This document shows, piece after piece, positions 1 through 12,074 of a stretch of DNA of 64,000 bases. Source of the DNA: Mobula hypostoma (Eukaryota). Location: contig NC_086097.1 in assembly GCF_963921235.1 (NCBI RefSeq), positions 22,074,001 to 22,138,000 on the forward strand. The letters are read 5' to 3'. Position numbers and translations under genes: made by a program. The stretch's first letter is position 1; each line of letters starts with the position of its first letter. The notes below the pieces were generated by a model, which made no database searches, was not told where the DNA came from, and was given only the letters and a program-made list of their open reading frames with translations.

Positions 1-215
1 ATAAATTCTTGTGACCACATTGGTCTCATTCAGGTGCTCAGGTTTCCTCCCGCATTCCAAAGGGTTAGGGTTAGGTGTGGGCGTGCTATGTTGGCACCCA
101 GGAAACTTGAGTCATAAAGGCACATGGCATGGTTTAGGCTTTGTGGCCCATTATGCCCATGCCAACCATCATTACTGATCTCATTTACCAACGCTTAGTC
201 CAAAGCCCAAAGCCG

Positions 216-560
216 GCATGCTAGCATAACGGTTAGTGTAATGCTTTACTACGCCAGCTGTAAGGTCGGGGTTCAACTCTCACAAGGAGTTTGCATGTTC
301 TTCCCATGACTGTGTTGGTTTCCTCCAGGTACTCTGGATTCCTCCCACATGAAATCATAGAGTCATACCGCACAGAAGCAGGCCCTTCAGTCCATCTAGT
401 CCCTGCTGAGTCACGTAAGCTGCCTGCTCCCATCGATCTGCAGTGGGACCACATTACAAAGACGTACGACTTAGTGTGTTAATTCACATCAGTGGAATTG
501 GGTGGCACGGGCTCATTAAACTGGAAAGACGTTACTGTGCTATATCTCAGGATAATTAAA
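216..560 (+). mobile_element. tRNA-derived SINE (V-SINE/HE1-like), interrupted by a CR1 tail fragment
   Basis: A-box-like TAGCATAACGG and B-box-like GGTTCAACTC, followed by the GGTTTCCTCCAGGTACTCTGGATTCCTCCCACAT core that recurs in other copies (38565, 41075, 44220), and an A-rich end. Confidence 0.7.
351..448 (-). mobile_element. CR1 3'-tail fragment inserted in the SINE
   Basis: Resembles the CR1 3' ends elsewhere in the window. Flanked by duplicated CCACAT (345-350 and 449-454); removing it restores the SINE core. Confidence 0.6.
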
Positions 561-869
561 AAAAAGTGGCTGGGGATCCATTGGGAAAGGGATTTGACAG
601 AGGAGATTGCTTCAGGAGTCTAGTCTGGCTGTCTTGTCTTTCATGCACCGATATCTTCTCCCAGAAATTAGAAGAGAGAAAAGGGAATGGCCAGGGTGGC
701 AGATATCCTGATGCACCACACCTCGGAGATGGGCTGAGTGGCTGGAAGTGATGAGCGTATGATAGACATACACAAGCAGGTTAGCCTTTCAACATCTCAT
801 TACTCCTTGTGACAGCTTGCTACCCATACCTTACCTACTGATTTTCCCCGGTGTACAACAGACTGCCTC

Positions 870-1115
870 AAAGTTCAATGTAAATTTATTATCAAAATAC
901 ATATGTCACCATGTACTACCTATTCATTTTCTTGTGGATATTCATTCACAGTAGAACAAAGAAATACAATAGAATCAGTGAAAAACTGCCCGCACAAAGA
1001 CTCACAAACAACCAATGTGCAAAAGAAGACAAACTGTGTACATATAATAAATCAAATGATAATAAATAAATAAATATTGAGAACATGAGATTTTAGAGTC
1101 CTTGAAAGTGTGTCT
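870..1115 (-). mobile_element. Rex1/Babar-type LINE 3' UTR fragment
   Basis: Homologous to 7355-7640 and to 57100-57430, the latter attached to a Rex1/Babar ORF end. Confidence 0.6.
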
Positions 1116-1448
1116 AAACCGCTTCTAAAAGCTTGACTGAACAGCTTCATTTTCAGAGTTCTGAGTTTCTGAGAAGTTTTCTAAACACGTAAGATCTTTT
1201 TCTCTAGTGTATTTGCAGCCTAAGCCAAAATAGTTGAGGGTGGTTTTAAATTCTGCCTGGAGCAAAAGAAAAATGCAGGAACTGAAAATCCGGAACGAAA
1301 ACTGTAAAGCGTTGGAAGTGTTCAGGTGTCAAGCGGTGTCTGTGGGGAGAGAAACAAATTCAATGTTGCCAGCCAAGGAGCAGAAACGGTTTTTGGCAAG
1401 AACAGGTGAAGGTTCTAAGTAAGACTTTTTTTTCTCTTTCTTTGTCTA

Positions 1449-3827
1449 TTAGTACATAGCTAGTATGTTGGAGAATGGATCCAGGATTACTGGTATGTTC
1501 CATGTGTGGGATGTGGGAATTCTGAGACCTCCAGTCTCCCTGATAACCACATCTGCACAAAGTGCATCAAGCTGCAGCTCCTTGGAGATTGCATTAGGGA
1601 ACTGGAGCTGCAGCTGGCTGACCTTCAGCTCGTATGGGAGAATGAGGAGGTGATAGATAGGAACCACAGGGAGGTAGTCAGAAGGCTGCAGGAGGCAGGT
1701 GGCTGGGTGACTGTCAGAAGAAGGAAAGGGAATAGGCAGCCATTGCAGGGCACCACTTTGGCCATTGCCCTCAATAACAAGTATACTATTGGGGCGAATA
1801 GCCTACCAGGTTGAAGCCTCAGCGATTGGATCTCTGGCACTAAGTCTGGCTCTATGGCTCAGCAGGAAAGTGGGAGAAGAGGAGTGTAGTAGTAATTGGG
1901 GATTCCACAGTTAGAGGAACAGACAGGAGATTCTGTGGACTTGAAAGAGACACCCAGATGGTATGTTGCCTCCCAGGTGCCAGGGTCAAGGATGTCTCAG
2001 ATTGAGTCCACAGCTTTCTAAAGGGGGGAGGGCAAACAGCTGAAAGTCATGGTGCATTCTGGTGCCAATGACGTAGTAGGAAAAGGGAGGAGGAAGCGTT
2101 CCTGTAGAGAGAATATGTGAGGCGAGGTAGAAAGCTGAAAAGTCGGACCTCAATGGCTGTCTGTGCCACACACCAGTGAGGGTGAGAATAGGATGATTTG
2201 GTAGATGAATGTGAGGCTGAGGAACTGGTGTGGGGCATGAGGCAGGGTTTGATACGTCTGGATAACTGACGTCTTTTCCGGGGAAGGTATGACATGTATA
2301 AAAGGGGTGTGTTACACCTTTAGCAGGCAGGTTTGCTAGAGCAGCTGGGGAGGATTTAAACTAATCTGTCAGGGTGTGGGAACCAGAGTGACGGGGCTGA
2401 GGATGGAGCAGTTGGTTTACAAGCAGCTGCTGTGTGTCGTGAGACTGTGAGGAAGGACAGGCAGATGACAGGGCAGAGTTGCAGTTAGTGGGCTGAGTTG
2501 CCATGTAACAAGGAGGCAGCATCAAAAGGGTGATGAAAACAGGACTTGAAGGTGTTATATTTGAATGCGTGCAGTATAAGGAATAAGGTAGTTGATATTG
2601 TGGTGCAGTTAGAGATTGGCAGGTATAACGTTGTGGGCATCATTGAGTCATGGATGAAAGAATATCATAGCTGGGAGCTTAATATCCAAGGATACACATT
2701 ATACTGGAAGGACAGGCTGGTTGATAGAGGGGATGGCATGCCTTTGTTGGTAAAAATGAAACCAAACCCCTAGAAAGAGATGACATAGGATTGGAAGATG
2801 TAGAATCCTTGTAGGTAGAGTTAAGAAACATCAAGGGTAAAAAGACCCTGATGGGAGTTATATACAGGCCTCCGAACAATAGCCAGGCTGTGGGGTACAA
2901 ATTACAATGGGAGATAGAAAAGGCATGTCGAAAGGGCAACGTTATGATTGTCATGGGGGATTTCAGTATGCAGGTAGATTGAGAAAATCATGTTGATGCT
3001 GGACCCCAAGAGAGGGAATTTGTAGAATGTCTACAAGATGGTTTCTTAGAGCAGCATGTTGTCGAGCCCACGAGGGGAAAGACAATTCTAGATTGGGTGT
3101 TGTGTATTCATCTAGGGAGCTTAACGTAAAGGAGCCCTTAGGAGACAGTGATCACAATATGATAGCGTTCTCACTGCAGTTTGATCGTAAGAAGCTAAGG
3201 TCAGATATATCACTCTTACAGTGGAGTAAAGGGAATTACAGAGGCATGAGAAGAGAATCGGCCAAAGTTGACTGGAAGGGGACACTAGTAGGGTTGATGG
3301 CAGAACAGTAATGACTAGAGTTTCTGGGAGCAATTCAGAAGATGCAGGGTAGGTACATCTCAAAGAAGAAGTATCCTAAAGGGAGGATGACGTGATTGTG
3401 GCTGACAAGGGAAGTCAAAGGCAGCACAAAAGCAAAAAAAGAAAGAGAATGGGAAACTAGAGCATTGGGAAGCTTTTAAAAACCAACAGAAGGCAACTTT
3501 AAAAATCCATATGCGGAGAAAAGATTAAATATATAAACTAGCCAATAAAATAATAGAGGATACAAAAAGGTTTTTCAAATGTATAAAAAGTAAAAGAGAG
3601 ATGAGAGCGAATATTGGACCATTGGAAAATGATGCTGGAGAAGGAGCAATGGGGGACAAAGAAATGACGGAGGAACTTAATCAATATTTTGTGTCAGTCT
3701 TCACTGTGGAAGACACTAGCAGAATTTTGAGATTGTCAAGGGGCAGAAATGAGTGCAGTTGTTATTACTAAGGAGAAGGTGCTTGGGAAGCTGAAAGATC
3801 TGAAGGTAGATAGGTCACTAGGCCCAG
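1449..3827 (+). mobile_element. Decayed CR1 LINE: ORF1 (Zn-finger/coiled coil plus SGNH esterase) and ORF2 APE endonuclease
   Basis: HICTKCIKLQLL in 1506-1814; VVIGDSTVRGTDRRFCG...CCLPGARVKDV at about 1890-1995; KVLYLNACSIRNK at 2546; GVIYRPP; LGDSDHNMI. Many stops and frameshifts. Confidence 0.9.
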
Positions 3828-5615
3828 ATGGACAAAGAGTATGAGTTTAAACTAGAGTTGCGGGGCAATGGGAACCAGAGTGCTAGAACAGATAGTGGAG
3901 AGGTTGTGGTGACAGATGTTGTTAAGACTTCAGACAGAGTCAGGAATAATAAGGTTGAGCATGGTGTGACTAATGTCCTGAGCTGTACAGGTATATATTT
4001 TAATGCAAAATTATTGTAGGAAAGGAAGATAAGCTCAGGGAATTTGACTAGTTACAACTCCTCAGTGAGGACAGTACAGCCTTTATAGATGCTATTTAGA
4101 TTATACAGGAGGAGGATTTTGTTGTCTTGAGGCAAATAAGGGTGGATAAATCCCCAGGCCTGACAAGTTGTTCCCTCAGACACTGTGGGAGCTAAGTGCA
4201 GAAATTGCAGGGGCCCTAGCAGAGATATTTAAATCATCCTTAGTGACAGGTGAGGTCCCAGAGGATTGGAAGATAGCTAATGTTGTTCCACTGTTTAAGA
4301 AAGGCTCTTAAAATAAACCAGGAAATTACAGGCCAGTGAGTCTGACACCAGTATTGGGAAACTTTGGGAAGGTTTTCTAAGGGACTGGATATACGAATAT
4401 TTGGATAGACTTGGACTGATTAGGGATAGTCAGTATGACTTCATGTGTGGTATGGAGTTTTTTAAGGAAGTTACCAAGAAAGTTGATGAAAGCAAGGCAG
4501 TGGATGTTGTCTACATGGACTTAAATGAAAGGCATTTGACCAGGTCCAGCATGGGAGGTTGGTTAAGAAACTTCAGGCACTTGGCATTCAAGAAGATGTA
4601 GTAAATTGTATTAGTCATTAGCTAAGTAGGTGAAGCCAGAGGGTAGTAGCAGATGGATGCCTCTGGAGGCCTGTGACTAGATCAAGAGGTTAACTTTATC
4701 AGCAAATTTGCAGACGACTCCAAGGTTGGGAGTGTAGAGGACAGAGAGGAAGACTATCTGAGCTTGCAATGGGATCTGGACCTGCTGGAAAGATGGGCTG
4801 AAAAGTTGGAGATGGAAATCAGTGCAGACAAGTATGAGGTGTTACACTTCGGTAGGACCAAGCGTAGTAGGTCCTACACAGTGAACGGTAGGACACTGAG
4901 GAGTCCTTGTGATCTGGGAATGCAGGTCCATAATCAGTTGAAAGTGGTGTCACAGGTAGATGGGCTTGTAAAGATACATTGGCACATTGGTCCTCATTAA
5001 TCAAAGTACTGAGTATAGGAGATCGGATGTTATGTCAACGTATAAGACATTAGTGAGGCCTAATTTGGAGTATTGTGTGCAGTTTTGGTTACCTACCTAC
5101 AGGAAAGATGTAAATAAAATTGAAAGAGTATAGAGAAAATTTACAAGGATATTTCTGGGATTGGAGGACCTGAGTTATAAGGAAAGATTGAATAGGTTAG
5201 TCCTGTATTTTTAGAACATAGAAGATTAAGGGGAGATTTGATAGAGGTATAAAAAATTATGAGGGGTATAGACAGGGTAAAGGCAAGCTGACTTTTTCCA
5301 CTGAGGTTGGGTGGACTACAGCCAGAGGTCAAGGGTTCAGGGTGAAAAATGAAAAGTTTAAGGAGAACATGAGAGAAAACTTCTTCACTCAGAGGGTGGC
5401 GAGAGTGTGGAACAAGCTGTCAACACAAATGGTGCATGTGAGATTGATTTCATTGTTTGAGAGAAGTTTGGATAGTTACATAAATGGCAGGGTATGAAGC
5501 ACTCTGGTCCCGGTGCAGGTTGATGGGAGTAGGCAGTTTAAATGGTTCAGCATGGACTAGATGGTCTGAATAGCCTGTTTCTGCACTATACTTTTCTATA
5601 ACTCTATAACTCTAA
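3828..5615 (+). mobile_element. Decayed, internally deleted CR1 LINE (RT region and 3' end)
   Basis: NYRPVSLT, AVDVVYMD, KFADD and LEYCVQFW motifs; ends in a (CTATAACT)n-type tail at about 5595-5612. Confidence 0.88.
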
Positions 5616-5729
5616 TACTTTAAAATCCAGCAAAAGAAAAAATAAAAAATAATTTTAAAATGAAAACCAAAGTACCAACACATCTGGGTGATCGCATTAC
5701 AGAACTCCCCATTCATCCCATAAAGGCAA

Positions 5730-6200
5730 CCATAAGACCATAAGACATAGGAGCGGAATTAGGCCATTTGGCCCATCATTTCCACTCCACAATTCTATCA
5801 TGGCTGACTTATTATCCCTCTTTACCTTGTTCTCCTACCTTCTCCCCATAACCTTTGACACACTTACTAATCAAGAACCTATCAACCTCCACTTTAAATA
5901 TACTCAACGACCTGTATGTGTATGTGGCAATAAATTCCATAGATTCACCAATGCCTTGCTAATGAAATTCCTCCTCATCTCTGTCCAAAAGAGAGGTCTT
6001 TGTATCTGAGGCTCCACCTCTTTCGGAAACATCATCTCCACATTCACTCCAACTCATTCTTTCAATATTTGTTAGGTTTAAATGAGAGACTCCAACAAGT
6101 TCAGGCCCAGAGCCATCAAATGAAAATTAACCTTTTCATTCCTAGGATCATTCTTGTGAACCTCCTCTGGAGCTTCTTTAATGCCAGCACATCCATTCTT
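5730..6200 (-). mobile_element. CR1 3' fragment
   Basis: CATAAGACCATAAGAC tail plus an antisense ORF2 C-terminus homologous to 13842-14350. Confidence 0.8.
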
Positions 6201-6499
6201 TGTTTCAAATTAGTTTCTTTGTTCTTGGATAATATGTTTGTCGATGCTGGAATCCAAAACAAAAGTGGAAAGTGCTGAAAGAGTTCAGGCAACTGATGGA
6301 AATCCCATCAGAGAGAAGAAGAAAACTTCTTCAAGGTAGGCATACCTGGAAGAAAAGTTACAGATACAGTCTGAGTTCTTTCAGTGTTTCTTCTTATAGT
6401 TCCTTTTTGTCTGTATCCACTGTTTTCTAAATTAATAGAGCCATGAAAGACTGCAGGTGCTCAAATCTGGAGCAACAAAGCTGGAGGAAGATTTGGAGA

Positions 6500-6795
6500 T
6501 AAAGATTAGCTTTACTTGTCAGTGGTACATCGATACATTCAATGAAATATGTTATTTGCATCAACAATCAATACCATCTGAAGGCAGTCCACAAGGGTCG
6601 CCATTCCTCTGGTTCCAACATAGGACACAACCCTCTAACTCTAATGTACATCTTTAGAATGTAGAAGGATGCTAGACTGCTCATAGGAAACCCACCCTGT
6701 CACATGGAGAACGTAAAAACTCCTTACAGACAGTGGCAGAAATTAAACCCTGATCTTTCGATCGCTTGCGCTAACTGCTCTGCTATTCTGCCGAC
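6500..6795 (-). mobile_element. tRNA-derived SINE (V-SINE-like)
   Basis: Reverse complement has the same SINE head and core as 216-560; similar to 7040-7350. Confidence 0.6.
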
Positions 6796-7039
6796 CAACT
6801 CAGAGGGTCAATCAGCTTCCATGGGGAGAAAAAGTAATTGTCAATTTTCAGGCCAAAGCCCTACATCAGGACCTTGACAACACTGGTTAGCATTTGTTCT
6901 GTTCTTCCCACCCTTCCCCAACTCTCTGACTTAAAACACGTCGGTTTTCTCTCTTAAACAAGAACAGAAATGCTGGAAGGACTCAGCCAATCAAGTAGTA
7001 TCTATGGAAAGAGAAATTAGTTAGGAATTTAAAGAAAAG

Positions 7040-7350
7040 GGTTGTATGATGTACATTGAAATATACATAAAGTAAAATGTGTGGTTTGTGTCAAATCAAA
7101 GCAGCGAATATTGTGTGAGGCATCCATAAGTGTCACTATGCTTTCAGTGCCAACATAGCACGCCCACAACTCACTAACCCTAACCATGTTTGTTTTGGGA
7201 TGTGGGACAAAACCAGTGCACGTGGAAAAAACACACTCAGTTACGGGAGAATGTACCAACTCCTTACAGCAGGTCAGGAATTGAGCGTTAATCTGGCAGT
7301 CGGTCGGTGCTGTAAAGAGTTGTGCTAACTGCTACTCTACTGTGCTGCCT
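7040..7350 (-). mobile_element. tRNA-derived SINE (V-SINE-like)
   Basis: Reverse strand begins GGCAGCACAGTAGAGTAGCAGTTAGCAC; contains the ...CCCACATCCCAAA core. Confidence 0.65.
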
Positions 7351-7739
7351 GTATTTAAAGTTCAAAGTAAATTTATTATTAAAGTACATATATGTCATCA
7401 TATACAACTCTGAGATTCATTTTCTTGTGGGCATACTTAGTAAATCCATAATAGAATAATAATCATAATAGAATCAATGGAAGACTGCACCGACTTGGGT
7501 GATCAACAGTGTGTAAAAGACAACAAACTGTGCAAGTAGAAAAAGAAAGAAATAACAATAAATAAATATGCAATAAATATCGAGCACACGAGATGAAGAG
7601 TTCCTGAAAGTGAGTCCATAGGTTGTTGGAACATTTCAGTGTCTTGGATCAGAGTTGGGGCAAGAGCGGAGGGGTATCTGGTTCTAAAGCAGAGCTGGCG
7701 CGGGGTGTGAGGGAGTGAGGTGTAAGAAAGATTATACGG

Positions 7740-8600
7740 AACACAGAACATAGAACAGTATTGCACAGGAAGGTTTATCTGTGCCCAGCACGATGCCTTA
7801 TCAAACTAATCCCTTGCGCCTGGGCATGATCTATTTCCCTCCATTCCCTGCATGTCTGTGAGCCTAACAGCTTCTTGAATATCACGATTGTCTCTTCTTC
7901 CACCACTGCCCCTGACAGTGAGTTCCAGACACCTACCGCTCTGTGTGTAAAAAAATACTTGCCTCGCACATCGCCTTTAAACTTTCCCCTCTCACTTTAA
8001 AGCTCTGCCCTCTAATATTAGACCCTTCTATCCTGGGAAAAGGTTATGGCTGTGTGCCTTGTCTATGCTTCTCATAATATAACTATGCTGCTCAACACTA
8101 CGTAATGCATTGAATATAAATACAAGAGTGAAAAGGCACGGTTTAATCTTGTAAATTATTTTTATCATGTATAAAGTCTGTATTGCTTAAAAATAGATGT
8201 TGTACCATCAGGTCTCCCCTCAGCATCCGATGCTCCATAGAAGACAATCCAAATATGTCCAACCTCTCTTATCCAGGCAACATTCTGTAGACCTCTTCAG
8301 CATTCTCTCCAAACCCTCCACGTCCTTCCTGCAATGGGAAGACCAGAACTGCACGCCAAACACCAGATGCAGCCCAGCCAAAGTTCTATACAACTGCATT
8401 TTGACTTCTTGACCTCAAACATAGAACACAGAAAAGTACAGTACAGGAACAGGCCTTTCGGCCTACAACGTTGTGCCAAACCAATTAAATTAACTCAAAT
8501 AGCTAATTAAACTAATCTCTTCAGCCTACACAATGCCCATATCCTTTGATTTTCCTCCTGTTCACCTGCCTATCTAAATATCTCTTAAAAGTCCCTATTG
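7740..8600 (-). mobile_element. Cluster of CR1 3'-end fragments
   Basis: ORF 7775-7969 (RGKYFFTHRAVGVWNSL) is the CR1 ORF2 C-terminus; AGAACATAGAAC tails. Confidence 0.75.
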
Positions 8601-9289
8601 AAGACTTATCCCATAGACTTATCCTCTTTGCCCCTAGTGTGAAGAGCAGGCATTACCAGGGGCATAGAATATAGAGTAATCCCATTGGAGAGGATTAGCG
8701 ATGGGCGCTCAGGCAAATACGAACATACCATATGCTTCCATGGAGATTCCACAGATCAAGTGATAGGAGCATGATTACTGACCATTAGTGGTGAATTTTA
8801 TAGAAATGGGGTAAGATAAAGGCATGGTAATGGGAAACAATATATTTATTCACCTGCACTTCTTCAGCAAGGTCAGATCCCAGTGCTTTAGCTATGATAT
8901 CCAAGATGACAGCACCGGGATATGTATGAGTAAGCATCTCTCTTTGGGGAAGTGGAACTTGTGCTGGAAAGGGCAGTGAAACTAATACTTGTCACATCTA
9001 CGCTGTCACAGAAAGCTACTGTTGTAACACCATTTATAATGGTATTCTATACACCAACGGAATCACTACAGCATGGGTCATTTCTTTTCTCAGAAGAGTT
9101 ATTTTCAACTTTGTGCAGTGGCATAGACAGGCAAGTCTCTACTTACACCACCCTCTTCATTTTCATCTCCAGTGATTCTAATTGAAATGAAAATCATGTG
9201 ATGAGTAGCTGAATGAAAAACAGCCTGTGTACACTATCACCCAAAAGCAAAATGATCCCTTTCCCCTTCATTCAGATAGATGGGGACAT

Positions 9290-9770
9290 GGTATTGGAGA
9301 TGGCCAATGTGCAAACATACAAAAAGTGATGGATATGGCCAGTAAAAACCCTTCTCACCATTGAGTACACCTACAAAGAGCGCTGCCACACGAAAACAAC
9401 ATCCATCCTCTTGGACGCACACCATCCGGGCCATGCTCACTTCTCACTGCTGCCAGTCAGGAAGGAGGTTCAGGTGCCTGAGGTCCTATACCACTAGGTT
9501 CGAGGATAGTTATTACCCTTCAACCATCAGGATTCTGAACCATTGTACACATCTCCACTTAACACAACACTGAAATGATCACTCAACACAACCATCAAGG
9601 ACTCTACAACTTAAGTTTGCAGGATTTATTTATTTATTTAAATTATTATTTGTTTATTTTTTACTTGCACAGTTTCCTTTGCACATTGATTGCGTGTCAG
9701 TCATCGTGTGTAGCTTTTCATCGATTCTATTGTACTTCATTGTTCTACTGTGAATGCCTGAAAGAAAATG
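9290..9770 (+). mobile_element. Rex1/Babar-type LINE 3' fragment
   Basis: SGRRFRCLRSYTTRFEDSYYPSTIRILN, the C-terminus typical of this clade, followed by its 3' UTR. Confidence 0.75.
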
Positions 9771-9906
9771 ACATTATATATATATGTCATTTAAAATGAC
9801 ATTATATATATGTCCCCCAGGACATAGCAGGAGGCTCTATTCAGATCTTGATACACTCTCCTGTTGGAAGGGAAGGCAGAGAAAGATGTCTCATTTCCAG
9901 CAGTTC

Positions 9907-10527
9907 AGAGAGAGGAGACAGAGCAGCGCACCTGCGCGTGCGCAGCCCTCCGGTGAAAAATGATATTGTATCTGTTAAATAGGGGCCGTGGACAATTCTG
10001 ATTTGTTGGAGAATGGATGTGAAAGCACAGAGGAACATCTGGAGAAATTTCGGATACGCTCGTTGGCTGCTGTCATTACTGCGTGGTCGGGAATCTTTCG
10101 GAGGATAGGCCTCAAAATCCCCAGCTTTGCCTGCTTTTGGTGACTGAGGCTGAGGTCGAATCGTTCGGACAGAGATGGCGCTCAGTACTCGGTGTTGAAG
10201 AGCTGATCAGAGCTCGAAGTTTTCGGATGACTCAGTGTCAGATTGTGGTCGGCATGGCAGGGAGAGTTTTTCTTCCTTCTCCCGTCTGCGTGAGATGTGG
10301 GACATTTGAGAGACTTTGAACTTTTACTGTGCTCACAGACTTCGTCACCAAGTTATGGTATTGTTGCACTGTTGTAACTATATGTTATAATTATGTGGTT
10401 TTGTCAGTTTTTTCAGTCTTGGTCTGTCCTGTGTTTTGTGATATCACACCAGAGGAAATATTGTATCATTTCTTAATGCATGCATTACTAAATGACAATA
10501 AAAGAGGACTGCGTGTCTTCACAGTCA
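9907..10527 (+). mobile_element. Young CpG-rich non-autonomous retroposon (about 620 bp), copy 1
   Basis: Closely similar over its full length to the reverse complement of 45325-45945; no coding motif. Confidence 0.8.
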
Positions 10528-11384
10528 TATCATAATTGGTATTTGGTTTATTACTATCACACATTCCGAGATACAGTGAAGAGCTTCTGTTTTCATGTCA
10601 TCCAGGCAGATCATTCCACACATAAGTGCATCAAATTAGCACCAAAGGAAAGGAAACAAAATGCAGGATATAGTAGTTACGGTTACAGAAAAAGTATCAC
10701 AATGGCCAGCTCACTGAAAACATCGCTAGTAGAACATCAGACCATGTGACCTCTCTGGTAAGAGCTTGAGACTGCAGTCTATAGTCCTCAGGCAATGACA
10801 TCACTTTTCTAAGCACTGCAGCATACCACAGCCCTTGTCACTACCTTAGTATAGTAACACTATAATCACTTTGCACTAGAATGGATTTTGTACTTCTGGC
10901 TTGTATTATTTCATATAATTTAAGTTTTCCTTGTGGAAGTTGTGTATCTGATGCTAGGTGCCTGTGATGCTGTTGCAAGTTTTTCATTTCACCTGTGCGT
11001 ACATGAAGTTGTCCACATGACAATAAACTTGACTTTGATGAAGGAGAGCACTCTGAGGGATGCCAAGCTCCGCAGCCCAAGGATTGGTCAGATGGATGTC
11101 AAAGGCCTCATAACATAGCCATTCTTGAGGTGAATTTTGTTCCTTTTCCTTGTTAACTTTCTATAAGCTATAGAGTACAGCAGCACAGTAACAGGGTGTT
11201 TGGCCCATCTAGTCTGTGCTGGAATGGTCTTCTGCCTAGTCCCATCTATCTGCACCCAGACTATAGCACTCTATACCTCTCTCATCCATGTACTTATCCA
11301 ACCTTCTCTTCAATGTTACAATTGAACCTGCATGTAACAGCACATCCCACATTCACATCACCCTCTGAGTGAAGTATGTAGGTT

Positions 11385-11740
11385 TTGAGAGTGAGGCCTC
11401 TGTTGACCACTGGTTGACTGTGGGTATTGTGTCCTATATCTCAGGTGCACAAGTATGGGCAGTATGATACGGAGAGCATGCTGTTGCCCATGTAGCAAGC
11501 TCCCCCTCTCCATGCATCTGATGAACCCAAAGGAATGACAGAGACCGGTACAGTTTGGTACCAGAAATGTCGCAGGAGTTGCCTGTCAGCATTGAACTCA
11601 ATGTAGGACTGCCTTAGGGACTCCAGCTCTGGAATTTTCCCTCAGGGTTTACTCCCAAAGCCTTCCTCATGAGTGGGTACAGCTGCAAGGCAGCAGAGGT
11701 TTGAGACCAGTGTTTTCCTTCTCCTAGTTGAGCTGCCAAA
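11385..11740 (-). mobile_element. RTE-type non-autonomous element, 5'-truncated
   Basis: Homologous to 62490-62825. The RTE assignment is inferred from the structure and TSD of the longer copy. Confidence 0.6.
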
Positions 11741-12074
11741 GGGACATAGGAGTCCTCATGTAGGACTCCCAGAAGGTTAATTTACAGGTTGAATCTGTGA
11801 TAAAGAAGGGAAATGCAATATTGAAATTTATTTCAAGGGGAATAGAAAATAAAAACAACAGGATAATGCTGAAGCTTTGTAAGACACAATTCAGGCAGCA
11901 CTTGGAATATTGTCAACAGTTTAGGGCTCCTTATCTTAGAGAGGATGTATTGTCATTGGAGAGAGTCCAGAGGAGATTCACGATGATGATTCCAGGAATG
12001 AAGGGGTTAACATATGAGGATCGCCTGTCAGCTTTGGGCCTGCACTCACTGGAATTCAGAAGAATGCGTGGGGA

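Noticed and set aside
61..76. Telomeric (TTAGGG)n
   Set aside because: Only about 2 units, inside a SINE body; the same motif appears in the SINE near 7175.
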